Shown here piece after piece: positions 39,881-49,778 of a stretch of DNA of 64,000 nt (position 1 is the stretch's first letter; each line of letters starts with the position of its first letter). Below the pieces are notes generated by a model, which made no database searches, was not told the DNA's origin, and saw only the letters and a list, made by a program, of their open reading frames with translations. Both the position numbers and the translations under genes were made by a program. Source of the DNA: Myxococcota bacterium (lineage in GTDB: Bacteria; Myxococcota_A; UBA9160; JAFDDA01); NCBI GenBank assembly GCA_965228475.1, contig OZ245817.1:2208001-2272000 (forward strand), given 5' to 3'.

Positions 39881-40936
39881 CTAGGCGAAGTAGGTCGGCG
39901 AGGCCGCCGTCGCCGCCACGTTCTCCCGGAGCTGGGCCAGGTCCTGGATGTCGGCGTTGACCACGTCGAGCCCGTGGGCGAGCACGTAGGCGTAGCTGCG
40001 CTGGAAGGGCGAGAGCGGTGCGGCCATCAGCTTCTCGTCGTAGTAGGCGTCGAAGGCGTCGAGCTTCTTCCACCAGCCGAGGACGGGCGCGCCCGAGAGT
40101 TGGCGGGCGGCCTTCATGCCGACGAGGGCGATGCCCGAGGCCCGCGCGCGGTCGAGCACCGGCCGGAGCCCGGTCATCGGCTTCGAGCCTTCGAGCACGG
40201 CCTTGCTCTCCCAGTCGTACCAGCCGGCCGGGGTGATGGCGATCATCGCGAGGTCGTAGATCCCCGTTTCGGCCGCCGTGAGCAGCACCTTCTCGGCGTT
40301 GCGATGGGTGCTCACGCCGAGGTGGCGGACCTTCCCCGCGGCCTTGGCCTTCTCGAAGGCGGCGCGGATTTCCTCGCTCTCGATGAGGGAAGGATTGTGC
40401 GCCGCCATCAGGTAGTAGGCGTCGACCTTCTCGACGCCGAGGTCCGCGAGGCTCTCGTCGAGGCGCTCGCTCCAGATGCGCGCGGCCTCCCTGGCCTGTT
40501 GCGGGGTGACTTCGTCGTCGTTCCCGACGTCGACCTCCGCGACCGCCTTCGAGATCAGGAAGACGTCGTCGCGCCGCTTCTTCAGGAAGCCGGCGAGGTT
40601 GCGCTCGGCCCAGCGGTAGTAGCCGCGGTACCCCACGTCGAAGACGTTGATGCCCGCGTCGTAGGCTATGTCGAGCAGGTCGTCCTTGCCGCGGAACATC
40701 AGGCTCGCGCCGCAGCCCATGAAGAGCCGGCTCGCCTGGAAGCCGGTGCGGCCGAGCGTCCGGTAGGTCATGGCCGGCCACGCCGCGGGGTCCGCCGCGT
40801 CGCGCGCCGCGGTGACGGCCGCGCGCGCATCCCCCGAACCCCAGAACGTCCGCCCGCCGACGCTGATCATCGCGAGGGCTTGGAGAAAGCGCCGTCGGCT
40901 GAGGGGCCAGCGTTCGTCCTGCGGTTCGTGGCTCAT
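39881..40936 (-). CDS. Tat-exported aldo/keto reductase family protein
   Basis: SRRRFLQ twin-arginine signal; YRTLGRTG, GIN.FD, SL..LG...VD and GKVRHLGVSTH motifs. Confidence 0.85.
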   Translation of the reverse strand: MSHEPQDERWPLSRRRFLQALAMISVGGRTFWGSGDARAAVTAARDAADPAAWPAMTYRTLGRTGFQASRLFMGCGASLMFRGKDDLLDIAYDAGINVFDVGYRGYYRWAERNLAGFLKKRRDDVFLISKAVAEVDVGNDDEVTPQQAREAARIWSERLDESLADLGVEKVDAYYLMAAHNPSLIESEEIRAAFEKAKAAGKVRHLGVSTHRNAEKVLLTAAETGIYDLAMIAITPAGWYDWESKAVLEGSKPMTGLRPVLDRARASGIALVGMKAARQLSGAPVLGWWKKLDAFDAYYDEKLMAAPLSPFQRSYAYVLAHGLDVVNADIQDLAQLRENVAATAASPTYFA

Positions 40937-40996
40937 CGTCTCGCCTCCTCGCGGTGAATCGCCCCGGGGAGGGTAACCCGGAGGCCGCCCGCCGTC

Positions 40997-41671
40997 TCAG
41001 CGCTCGAGCAGGTCGAGCGTGCGCAGGATCGGCTCCATGAACTGTTCGCCGGCGAGGATCTCGCCGATGGCCACGGTGATGAACTGGATCCCGACGCAGA
41101 CCAGCAGGAAGCCCATGATGCGGGTCAGGGCGTCCATGCCGACGACGCCGAGGAAGCCCACCACGCGGTGCGCCTCGCGCAGAACGAGGTACGAAACCGC
41201 GCCGACGGCGGCGATCCCCACCGCGATGCCGAGGTGCTGCAGCACGCCCTCGGCACCGGCGGCCATGCCGATCGTCACCGCGATCGAGCCGGGGCCGGAG
41301 AGCATCGGCATGGCGAGGGGCGTGAAAGCGATGCCCACCCCCGGGCCATCGTGCTCGGGCTCTTCGTCCTCCTCGCTGCTGGTCTTCGCGGCCAGCATGC
41401 CGAAGCCGATGCGCGCCACGATCAGGCCGCCCGCGATGCGAACCGCCGGCAGCGAGATCCCGAAGAAGGCCATGATCAGGGCACCCGCCACCAGGAAGAC
41501 CCACAGAACGCACGACATGTAGAGCCCGGCCTGCCAGGCCGTCTCCCGCCGCCGCGGGATCGTGTAGCGCTGCGTCAGCGCCAGGAACACGACCGCCGTG
41601 CTGAACGGGTTCGCGATCGGAAGCAGCCCGACGAACGTGCCGAGGATGGTGGTGACGAAGTCGGAGAACAT
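40997..41671 (-). CDS. MarC family membrane protein
   Basis: NP motif, FFGISLPAVRIAGG, PLAMP.L.GPG.I and RIMGFLL..VG.Q motifs. Confidence 0.9.
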   Translation of the reverse strand: MFSDFVTTILGTFVGLLPIANPFSTAVVFLALTQRYTIPRRRETAWQAGLYMSCVLWVFLVAGALIMAFFGISLPAVRIAGGLIVARIGFGMLAAKTSSEEDEEPEHDGPGVGIAFTPLAMPMLSGPGSIAVTIGMAAGAEGVLQHLGIAVGIAAVGAVSYLVLREAHRVVGFLGVVGMDALTRIMGFLLVCVGIQFITVAIGEILAGEQFMEPILRTLDLLER

Positions 41672-41745
41672 GGCGCCGGAAGTCTGGTGCCCAGCGGAGG
41701 TGCTGGCAACCCGGGAAGGCTGCGGGAGGTTCGCGGGAAAGGGGG

Positions 41746-41821
41746 TGGAGCGCGAGACCGGGTTCGAACCGGCGACCCTCAGCTTGGGAAGCTGATGCTC
41801 TACCAACTGAGCTACTCGCGC
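41746..41821 (-). tRNA. tRNA-Gly (anticodon CCC)
   Basis: Minus strand reads GCGCGAGTAGCTCAGTTGGTAGAGCATCAGCTTCCCAAGCTGAGGGTCGCCGGTTCGAACCCGGTCTCGCGCTCCA: 76 nt, D and T loops present, encoded CCA. Confidence 0.97.
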
Positions 41822-41839
41822 GTGGTGCGCAGGGTAGCA

Positions 41840-42997
41840 CTAGAGGTAACTGAGCCACCAGTCGCTGCGGCGCTGTTTGACGGCGGCGAACCAGCGGCAG
41901 AGCGGGTAGAGGGCGGCGACGACGCCGAGCCAGACGGCGTAGACGACGGGGAGGGCGTAGCCAAACGCTGCGGGCTTGTTCATGGGGTGGAAGCCGCCGA
42001 GGAGGGTGTCGAGCGGCCCACCGGTGGCGGCGGTGAGCGCGATCGTCGCCAGGTGGATCCACAGGATGTGGAGCACGTAGTAGAAGAGGGGCACCCGGCC
42101 GATGGTGACGAGCCAGCGCGAGGCGGCGCCGACGCCGCGGTCCCAGAGGCCGAGCAGCGCGATCGAGGGCCCGAGGGTCATCAGCAGGAAGAGCAGGGAG
42201 GGCGGGTACTTCTCGGTGTTCCCGAAGGACAGGAGCGTCGCGAAGGCGTCGGGCTGGGGCTGCCAGGGGCCGGGGTCGCCGTAGCCGTTCCAAGCGCGGA
42301 GTGCGACGAAGAGGGCGACGAGGGCCGCGCCGAAGGCGAGCAGGCGCGCGCGGCGCGGATCGGGCGCCCCGTCGTAGAAGGTCCCGAAGGCATAGCCCGC
42401 AGCCATCACGCCGACCCAGGGCACCACGGCGTAGGCGACGAAGGGCGTCACGGCGGCGTCCATCGGTGCGAGGGGGCCGAAGCCGTGGAAGATCGTCCAG
42501 GCAAAGGCCAGGTCGCCGAAGCGCTCGGGGCCGATGCCGTCGAGCAGATTGTGGCCCGCGATCATGATGACCCCGAAGGCGCCGACCGCCGCGACGGGCA
42601 GCCGCGAGAGCGCGGCGAGCACCACCATCGACCAGCCGATCGCCCAGATGACCTGCATGGGGAGGAAGCCCGGAAGGAAGTCGAAGGTCCAGACGAAGCG
42701 GACCACCGTCCATTCGAGGAAGACGAGCCAGAGGCCGCGCGTCCAGAGGAAGCGCGAGAGGTCCGCGGGGCGCTTGCGCCCGTAGAGGTAGGCCGCGGTG
42801 CCGGCCAGGAAGACGAAGACGGGTGCACAGAAGTGTGTCACCCAGCGTGTGAGGAAGAGCGCCGGGTTCGCCACGTCGCGCGGGTCCATGGCGCTCGCGC
42901 CGACGAAGCCCCGCGTGTGATCGAGGGCCATCACGACCATCACGAGGCCGCGCAGGGCATCGAGCGAGTCGAGGCGGGGGCGGGCGGTCTCGGCCAT
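41840..42997 (-). CDS. DUF1624 / HGSNAT-like membrane acyltransferase-family protein
   Basis: RLDSLDALRGLVMVVMALDH, RWVTHFCAPVFVFLAG and KYPPSLLF motifs. Confidence 0.85.
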   Translation of the reverse strand: MAETARPRLDSLDALRGLVMVVMALDHTRGFVGASAMDPRDVANPALFLTRWVTHFCAPVFVFLAGTAAYLYGRKRPADLSRFLWTRGLWLVFLEWTVVRFVWTFDFLPGFLPMQVIWAIGWSMVVLAALSRLPVAAVGAFGVIMIAGHNLLDGIGPERFGDLAFAWTIFHGFGPLAPMDAAVTPFVAYAVVPWVGVMAAGYAFGTFYDGAPDPRRARLLAFGAALVALFVALRAWNGYGDPGPWQPQPDAFATLLSFGNTEKYPPSLLFLLMTLGPSIALLGLWDRGVGAASRWLVTIGRVPLFYYVLHILWIHLATIALTAATGGPLDTLLGGFHPMNKPAAFGYALPVVYAVWLGVVAALYPLCRWFAAVKQRRSDWWLSYL

Positions 42998-43048
42998 GGG
43001 CCGAGTGTTCCAAGCCCGGCGGCGCCGAGCCAGCCGGGGCCGGACGGA

Positions 43049-45856
43049 CTAGGAGTCCTGGTCCTTCTCGCTTCGCAGGAAGTGCGTGAGGTCGTCGGCC
43101 GGCATGGCTTCGCCAATCAGGTGGCCCTGGACGGCGTCGCAGGCGGCCTCGCGCAGGAACTCGAGCTGCTCCCAGGTCTCGACGCCTTCGGCCACGACCT
43201 GCAGGCCCAGGCCATGGGCCATGTCGATGATGCCGCGCGTGAGGGCCTGGGTCGTCTTGTCGGTCATGAGGTCGGTGCCGAAGCTCCGGTCGAGCTTCAC
43301 GCAGTCGAAGGGGAACTCGCGCAGGTAGCTGAGCGAGGAGTAGCCCGTGCCGAAGTCGTCGAGGGTGAAGCCGACGCCGAGTTCGCGCAGGCGCGCGAGG
43401 TTCTTGCGCGTGGTCTCGTCGTCGCCGAGCAGGGAGCTCTCGACGATGTCGAGCTCGAGCAGGCCTGCGCTCATGCCCGTCGCGGTCATGGTGTCTTCGA
43501 GGAAGCGGGCGAGCCCCGGGTCGTGGAGCTGGTGGCCCGAGATGTTCACGGCGAGCCGGATGGGAGCGAGCCCGGCCTCACGCCACGCGCGCGCCTGGTT
43601 GCAGGCGGTCCGCACGACCCACTCCCCGATCGGGACGATGAGCTGGGAGTCCTCGGCCACGCGCAGGAACTCCTGGGGGGAGATGCGGCCGAGGGTCGGG
43701 TGGCTCCAGCGCAGGAGCGCCTCGACGCCGACGACGTCGCCGTTGCGCGCGTGCCGCAGCAGTTGGTAGTGGAGCTCGAGTTCTTCGTGCGCGAGCGCGT
43801 GCAGGAGGCCCTGCTCGATGGCGTGGCGGCGCTCGCTCGCCTCGGTGAGCTCCGGCCGGAAGAAGGCGAAGCGGCTCCGGCCGCGGCCCTTGGCGTCGTA
43901 CATGGCCTGGTCGGCGTGGCGGAAGAGGGCGTCGGCGTCCGGCGCGTCGTCCGGGTAGATGGCGATGCCGATGCTCGCGCCGGTCTGGACCTCGTGGCCG
44001 TCGATCACCATCGAGCTTCCGAGGGAGTCGAGGATGCGCTCGGCCACGGTGGCGGCGTCGTGGGGGTCGTTGATCTCGGCCAGGAGGATCGTGAACTCGT
44101 CGCCGCCGAGTCGGGAGACGGTCGAGGCGCATTCTTCTTCGTCGGGCTGGACGATCTGGTCGCTGAAGCGCACGCAGTCCCTGAGGCGCTCCGCGACCGT
44201 CCTCAGCAGGGCGTCGCCGAGGGCGTGGCCCAGGCGGTCGTTCACCTGCTTGAAGCGGTCGAGGTCGAGGAAGAGGAGGGCGGCGCGGCGCTTGCTCCGG
44301 CGGGCGTTGCCGAGGGCGTTTTCGAGCAGGGTGCGGAAGCGCTGGCGGTTCGGGAGCCCGGTCAGCGCATCGTAGAAGGCGAGCTTGCGGATCTGCTCTT
44401 CGGTGCGCTTGCGCTGGGTGACGTCGACGGCGAGCCCGAGCATGGCGCGGTCGCCCGAGCTCGGGTCCGTGAACGGGATCTTGTTCACTTCGAAGGTGTG
44501 CTCGACGCCGTCGAGGTCGAGCCACGGCACCTCGGCGTGGCGGATGGGCTCGCCCGTGCGGATCACCTCGAGGTCTTCCTCGTGCATCCGCTCGATCTGG
44601 CTGTCGCGCCGCTCGCGCACGCCCCGGGCAAGCCGCTTTCCGGCGTCCCGGGACATCATCATCTTCGAACGCTCGGCCATGGTCTTGTTCGCGAGCAGGA
44701 GCTGGCCCTTCTCGTCCCGGGCGAAGACGATGTGGGGCACGAGGTCGATCGCCTTGCGCAGCAGGACCTCGCTGTCGCGCAGGGCGGAACGCGCCTGCTG
44801 GGAATCGGTCACGTCCCGGAGCACGAGGACCCGGCTGCTCGGCGCGCCCTGGAAGGTCTTCAGCGCGGTGATGCGCATGTCGAAGGTCCGCCAGCCTCCG
44901 TCGGCCTGGTGGATCGAGACCTCGCCGGAGACCTCCTGGCCCTCGTTCTCCTCGTTGCCGAGGGCGTGGAGGAGGTCCGGGTGGGCGGCCAGCACCTCTT
45001 CGGCCGGGATCGGCTCGAGGACGTCGTCGATGCCGAGCACCTGGCGGGCGGCGAGGTTCGCGTAGATCAGCCGCGCGCGGGCGTCGATCACGAGCGCGCC
45101 GTCGCTCATCTCGTCGAGGATCTGGGCGCGCCCGACGTGGATCACGTTCAGGATGCCGTGGCCCCGCCACACGGTGAGCGAGAGGCAGACGGCGCTGATC
45201 GAGAAGGCGTAGGGCGTCAGGTCGAGGCTGTGGGCCGCGCTCTGGTTGAAGACGTAGTAGGCGTTGGTCAGCCACGGCGCGAAGAGCGAGAGCGTGACGA
45301 GGACGGCCTCCTCCCTTCGCCGGGGCCACTCGCGCCAGTAGCGCGCGGTCAGGAAGACGAAGGACGTCGCGAGCAGGGCGTACGCGTAGGCCACCCAGGC
45401 CCAGAACGCCGGGCCGTGGGCCAGCGCGAGGTCGGGGTAGGGGGCGGCGAGATCGAGGGAGACGCTCGTCCAGACGAGGTGATGGAGCTCGTTCGTCCCC
45501 ACCATGCCGACCATGGCGCCGGCCGGGAGCGCGAGGGCGAAGACACTCCGGTGCGTCACCCAGGCGTCGCGTCCGGTCGCATGCAGCGCCACCACGAGCG
45601 CGGCGATCGGAACGATCGTGATGGGCAGCCAGGAGAGCTTGGCGAGGAAGACCTTCTCCGTGAAGTCGATCGAGGCGTGCTCGAAGCCGGAACACGTGAC
45701 CCAGGCCGCGACGGCGACCAGGAGCAGGACGAGCGAACCACCGCCTTCGGTCGCACGACTCCGCCAGATGTACGCGGCCAGGGCACAAAGCCCTGCGGCC
45801 GTGAACACGGCGAGCTGCAGCCAGATCGGCCACACGGTGTCGGCACCGAATCCCAC
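43049..45856 (-). CDS. 7TM (HisKA_7TM-like)-PAS-PAS-GGDEF-EAL diguanylate cyclase/phosphodiesterase
   Basis: TNELHHLVW 7TM motif; D.LTGLPNR, SRLGGDEF, GVEALLRW, DDFGTGYSS and AEGVET motifs. Start uncertain (GTG 45856 after AGGAG, or ATG 45946). Confidence 0.92.
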   Translation of the reverse strand: MGFGADTVWPIWLQLAVFTAAGLCALAAYIWRSRATEGGGSLVLLLVAVAAWVTCSGFEHASIDFTEKVFLAKLSWLPITIVPIAALVVALHATGRDAWVTHRSVFALALPAGAMVGMVGTNELHHLVWTSVSLDLAAPYPDLALAHGPAFWAWVAYAYALLATSFVFLTARYWREWPRRREEAVLVTLSLFAPWLTNAYYVFNQSAAHSLDLTPYAFSISAVCLSLTVWRGHGILNVIHVGRAQILDEMSDGALVIDARARLIYANLAARQVLGIDDVLEPIPAEEVLAAHPDLLHALGNEENEGQEVSGEVSIHQADGGWRTFDMRITALKTFQGAPSSRVLVLRDVTDSQQARSALRDSEVLLRKAIDLVPHIVFARDEKGQLLLANKTMAERSKMMMSRDAGKRLARGVRERRDSQIERMHEEDLEVIRTGEPIRHAEVPWLDLDGVEHTFEVNKIPFTDPSSGDRAMLGLAVDVTQRKRTEEQIRKLAFYDALTGLPNRQRFRTLLENALGNARRSKRRAALLFLDLDRFKQVNDRLGHALGDALLRTVAERLRDCVRFSDQIVQPDEEECASTVSRLGGDEFTILLAEINDPHDAATVAERILDSLGSSMVIDGHEVQTGASIGIAIYPDDAPDADALFRHADQAMYDAKGRGRSRFAFFRPELTEASERRHAIEQGLLHALAHEELELHYQLLRHARNGDVVGVEALLRWSHPTLGRISPQEFLRVAEDSQLIVPIGEWVVRTACNQARAWREAGLAPIRLAVNISGHQLHDPGLARFLEDTMTATGMSAGLLELDIVESSLLGDDETTRKNLARLRELGVGFTLDDFGTGYSSLSYLREFPFDCVKLDRSFGTDLMTDKTTQALTRGIIDMAHGLGLQVVAEGVETWEQLEFLREAACDAVQGHLIGEAMPADDLTHFLRSEKDQDS

Positions 45857-46011
45857 TTCGACTTTCGCTCCTGCAGTGCGTCGATACAGACCGCACGGAA
45901 GTCCTTCGTGTGTTTTCGGCCACAACGAAATTGTGATTGAGGTCATTTGCGACGGAGTTGGACGGGATCGGCAGGCGGCGTGCAGGGCGCGCGCACCCGA
46001 GCGGCGGAACG

Positions 46012-47124
46012 CTACAAGATGCCGAGGTCCTGCACGTGGCGAAGCATGGCGCGCGCCACGGCCGAGCGGCCGAAGGGGGCGAGGTGTCCGCCGCTGTACC
46101 AATGCAGCGTCGGGCGGCCCCAGTGTTCCCAGAGAGCGTGCGGGTGCTCGGCCGGGACGATCCGGTCGCCGCGACCGGCGACGATCATCACGCGCTCGCG
46201 TTCGGTCCGGAGCGGGTGCGCGAGCGGCGAGTGGAGGCGGTAGTTCCGGCGCAGCTCGTCGTAGTCGAAACTCGGCCGGCCGCGCCGCAGGCTGCGGCCC
46301 TGGAAGCGCCAGGCGAGGTCGCCGATGCAGACGGGCGGGACGAGGGCGATGGCGAAGTCGAGGTCGTCGTAGAGGCCCGCGGAGAGCGCCGTCAGGTAGC
46401 CGCCGAGGGAGAGCCCGAGCACGCCGACGGGGTCGCCCGTGGTCTCGCGGAGCCAGAGCACCGTGCTGCGGATCTCGTGCACCGCGCGGCGGACGCCGTG
46501 GGCGAAATCGATGGCGTTCGGGACCGCGAAGCGCTCGCCCGAGAAGCGTGCTTCGGAGGGGGTGCGTGCGCCGTGCTGGGGAAGCGTCATCAGCGCGACG
46601 TCGAGCCCCGCGGCGAAGAAGTTCGAGGCGAACAGCACGGGCGCGTCGATGCGCGGGTACCCCATCGTGAAGCCGTGGAGCGCGAGCACCGTGCCCCGCC
46701 GGCGCTCGGCGGGATGCTGCCAGTGTTCGAGGCGGATCGCGTCTCCGGGCGGAGGCGGCGATTCCCCTTCGCGCGGCACGTAGGCCGTCGAGAGCTCCCG
46801 GCGGGTGACGCCGCCATCGCCGCGCGCGCCCGCGCTCGAAGCGGCCACGGTCTCGGTCGCGAACGAGTCGGACGAGAACTCGAAGAAGCTCGCGGGGTCG
46901 CCGCGCAGGGCCGGCGTGTCGAGCCGGGCCGCGGCGGCGCGCAGGGCGGGAAGCTCGGCCGGGTCCGGCAGCAGCATGGCATCGATCACGACCTGCATGC
47001 CGGCGAGGATCGCGGCGTCGAGGCCTGCGCCGAGCCAGGTGAAGGCGCCGTCGGCGAAGCCCTCCTCGGGGAGGACCGCCCGGGCCAGCTTCGGAATCGG
47101 TTCGCCCGCTTCGGCCGTCACCAT
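46012..47124 (-). CDS. Alpha/beta hydrolase family protein
   Basis: LHGF, GLSLGG nucleophile elbow, GDRIVP and GGH catalytic motifs. Confidence 0.85.
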   Translation of the reverse strand: MVTAEAGEPIPKLARAVLPEEGFADGAFTWLGAGLDAAILAGMQVVIDAMLLPDPAELPALRAAAARLDTPALRGDPASFFEFSSDSFATETVAASSAGARGDGGVTRRELSTAYVPREGESPPPPGDAIRLEHWQHPAERRRGTVLALHGFTMGYPRIDAPVLFASNFFAAGLDVALMTLPQHGARTPSEARFSGERFAVPNAIDFAHGVRRAVHEIRSTVLWLRETTGDPVGVLGLSLGGYLTALSAGLYDDLDFAIALVPPVCIGDLAWRFQGRSLRRGRPSFDYDELRRNYRLHSPLAHPLRTERERVMIVAGRGDRIVPAEHPHALWEHWGRPTLHWYSGGHLAPFGRSAVARAMLRHVQDLGIL

Positions 47125-47204
47125 GGACGGAGCATGGGGAGGCTCGCCGCCGCCCGCAAGCTTTCGTCTCCGTCGGGCGTGGGCCCACGCGATAGCATGC
47201 AGCG

Positions 47205-48143
47205 ATGCATCGAATCGAAGAGGTGACGGTCGAGGGCGTCCCGGGCCTGGCCCTGCATTCGCCCGAGGGCCTCTCCGCGACCTTCGTGCCCGGTGCCGGC
47301 ATGATCGGGACGTCCCTTCGCTTCGAGGGTGCGGAGCTGCTGGGGCAGGGCGAGGGCCTCGCGGCCTACCGCACGCGCGGGCGCTGGTTCGGGATCCCGC
47401 TGCTCCACCCCTGGGCCAATCGTCTGCGTCGCAACGGCCTGCGATTCGAGAACGTCGACGTGACGTTCCCCGTCGATGCCCCAGGTCTCCGACGTGATGG
47501 CTCGGGGCTCCCGATCCACGGCCTCGTCTCGGGATGTCCGGACTGGCAGGTCTCCGGGCGGGATGCCGACGGCGCCGGCGCCCGCTTCTCGGCCGCGCTC
47601 GATTTCGGAGCCGACCTCCAACGCCTCTCGCTGTTTCCCTTCCCGCACCGGCTCGAGGTGAGCGTTGCGCTGTGCGGCCAGAGCCTGACGATCGAGACCG
47701 TGCTCGAGGCGAGCGGCGCCCTCCCGGTGCCCGTGGCGTTCGGCTGGCATCCCTACTTCCAGCTCCCGGGGATCCCGCGCGAGATCTGGTCCGTGACGCT
47801 CCCGGTCCGGACGCGCGCCGTGCTCGACGACCGCTGCCTGCCGACGGGCCGGGTCGAGCCGCTGCGCATCCCCCCCGGGCCCCTCGGCGGGAGGACCTAC
47901 GACGACCTCTTCCCCGAGCGGGAGCCCGGCCGGCCCTTCGTGCTCGAGGGCGGGGAGCGCCGCATCGAGGTCGAGTTCGGTGCGGGCTACGAGGTCGCGG
48001 TGGTCTACGCACCCGCGAACGCGGACGTCGTCTGCTTCGAGCCGATGACCGCGCCGACGGACCCCTTCGACGGCGATGGCGCGCTGCGCGTGGCCACGCC
48101 GGACGCGCCGTTCCGTGCGGCCTTCGAGATTCGCGTCCGCTAG
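47205..48143 (+). CDS. Aldose 1-epimerase family protein
   Basis: [23 protein letters not shown] and CFEPMT motifs. Confidence 0.88.
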   Translation: MHRIEEVTVEGVPGLALHSPEGLSATFVPGAGMIGTSLRFEGAELLGQGEGLAAYRTRGRWFGIPLLHPWANRLRRNGLRFENVDVTFPVDAPGLRRDGSGLPIHGLVSGCPDWQVSGRDADGAGARFSAALDFGADLQRLSLFPFPHRLEVSVALCGQSLTIETVLEASGALPVPVAFGWHPYFQLPGIPREIWSVTLPVRTRAVLDDRCLPTGRVEPLRIPPGPLGGRTYDDLFPEREPGRPFVLEGGERRIEVEFGAGYEVAVVYAPANADVVCFEPMTAPTDPFDGDGALRVATPDAPFRAAFEIRVR

Positions 48144-49765
48144 CGCTGCGCGCGCCGGCGGCGCTCGCGATAGCGGGAGAGGAGGGCCTCCGTCGACGCG
48201 TCGTGCGGCTGGCCGGCCTTGCCTTCGATCTCTTCGGCCAGGGTGTTCGCCAGCGCCTTGCCGAGCTCGACGCCCCACTGGTCGAAGGAGTTCACGCCGA
48301 GCACGGCCCCCTGGACGAACACGCGGTGTTCGTAGAGCGCGATGAGCGCGCCGAGGGTCCGCGGCGTGAGTTCGTCGAGCAGCAGGGTCGTGCTCGGGCG
48401 GTTGCCGGGGAAGGTGCGGTGCGGCGCGAGGGCGGCGTCGGCGCCGGCTTCGCGGGCTTCTTCCTCGGTCCGGCCGAAGGCGAGGGCTTCGCTCTGGGCG
48501 AGGCCGTTCGCCACGAGCAGGTCGTGCTGGTCGAGCAGCGCATGCTCGGGCCGGCAGGTCAGGATGAAGTCGCAGGGCACGAGGCGCGTGCCCTGGTGGA
48601 GGAGCTGGAAGAAGGCGTGCTGGCCGTTCGTGCCGGGCTCGCCCCAGACGACGGGCCCGGAATCCACGCCGAGCGGCTCGCCGGCCAGGTCGACCCGCTT
48701 GCCGTTGCTCTCCATGTCGAGCTGCTGGAGATAGGCCGGGAAGCGCGCGAGGCGCTCGTCGTAGGGCAGGACGGCGTGGCTCGCCGCGCCGAAGAACGCC
48801 GAGTACCAGAGCCCGATCAGGGCGAGCAGCGCCGGGACGTTCTCTTCGAGCTCGGTGGTGCGGAAGTGCTCGTCGACGGCGTGGAAGCCGGCGAGGAGTT
48901 CGCGGAAGCGGTCCGGGCCGATCCCGATCATCAGGGAGAGCCCGACCGCCGAGGCCAGTGAGTAGCGTCCGCCGACCCAGTCCCAGAAGCCGAAGACGCG
49001 CTCCGGAGCGATGCCGAACGCGCCGGCCGCGGCGAGGTTCGTGGAGACGGCGGCGAAGTGCCGGGCGACGGCGGCCTCGTCGCCGAGCCCGTCTACCAGC
49101 CAGCGCCGGGCGGCCCGGGCGTTGGTCAGGGTCTCCTGGGTGGTGAAGGTCTTCGAGCAGACCACGAAGAGGGTCTCGGCCGGGTCGAGGCCCGCGAGCT
49201 TCGCGGTGAGATCGGCCCCGTCGACGTTCGAGACGTAGCGGAGTTCGAGGCCCGGTTCGATGCAGCCCGCGAGGGCCCGGGCGGCCATCGCCGGGCCGAG
49301 GTCCGAGCCGCCGATCCCGACGTTCACGACCGTACGGATGCGCTTCCCGGTATGGCCCGGGGCCTTGCCCGATCGCACCGCCTCGCTGAAGGCCGCCATC
49401 CGGTCGAGCACCTCGTGCACCGGTGCGACGACGTCCTCCCCGTCCACGAGGAGGGTCTGTTCGCGCGGGCGCCGCAGGGCGACGTGGAGCACCGAGCGGT
49501 TCTCCGTCGCGTTGATGCGGTCGCCGCGGAACATGGCGGCGATCCGCTCGGGCACGCCCCGGGCGCGCGCTAGGGCGAACAGACGCTTCAGGGTCTCGTC
49601 GTCGATGCGGTGTTTCGAGTAGTCGACGTAGAGCCCGCCGACCTCGGCGGCGTAACGCTCGGCGCGGCCGGGATCCGTGGCGAAGAGTTCCCGGAGGTGC
49701 CGCGGTGCCATGGCGCGCTGATGCTCGGCCAGCGCGCGCCACTCCGGAAGCGTTTCGATCGTCAT
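48140..49765 (-). CDS. pgi: Glucose-6-phosphate isomerase
   Basis: [50 protein letters not shown] and [10 protein letters not shown] motifs. Confidence 0.97.
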   Translation of the reverse strand: MTIETLPEWRALAEHQRAMAPRHLRELFATDPGRAERYAAEVGGLYVDYSKHRIDDETLKRLFALARARGVPERIAAMFRGDRINATENRSVLHVALRRPREQTLLVDGEDVVAPVHEVLDRMAAFSEAVRSGKAPGHTGKRIRTVVNVGIGGSDLGPAMAARALAGCIEPGLELRYVSNVDGADLTAKLAGLDPAETLFVVCSKTFTTQETLTNARAARRWLVDGLGDEAAVARHFAAVSTNLAAAGAFGIAPERVFGFWDWVGGRYSLASAVGLSLMIGIGPDRFRELLAGFHAVDEHFRTTELEENVPALLALIGLWYSAFFGAASHAVLPYDERLARFPAYLQQLDMESNGKRVDLAGEPLGVDSGPVVWGEPGTNGQHAFFQLLHQGTRLVPCDFILTCRPEHALLDQHDLLVANGLAQSEALAFGRTEEEAREAGADAALAPHRTFPGNRPSTTLLLDELTPRTLGALIALYEHRVFVQGAVLGVNSFDQWGVELGKALANTLAEEIEGKAGQPHDASTEALLSRYRERRRRAQR

Positions 49766-49778
49766 CGGACGGCAGCGT

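Noticed and set aside
41672..41806. N-terminal extension of the MarC ORF (start 41806)
   Set aside because: It runs through the tRNA-Gly gene; MarC homology starts at ATG 41671.
41746..41821. tRNA-Gly as an integration site of a genomic island
   Set aside because: No integrase nearby and no duplicated tRNA 3' end noticed; the flanking genes look native.
45860..46011. Possible c-di-GMP riboswitch upstream of the GGDEF-EAL gene
   Set aside because: Only short hairpins; the conserved GEMM features could not be matched by eye. An Rfam scan would settle it.
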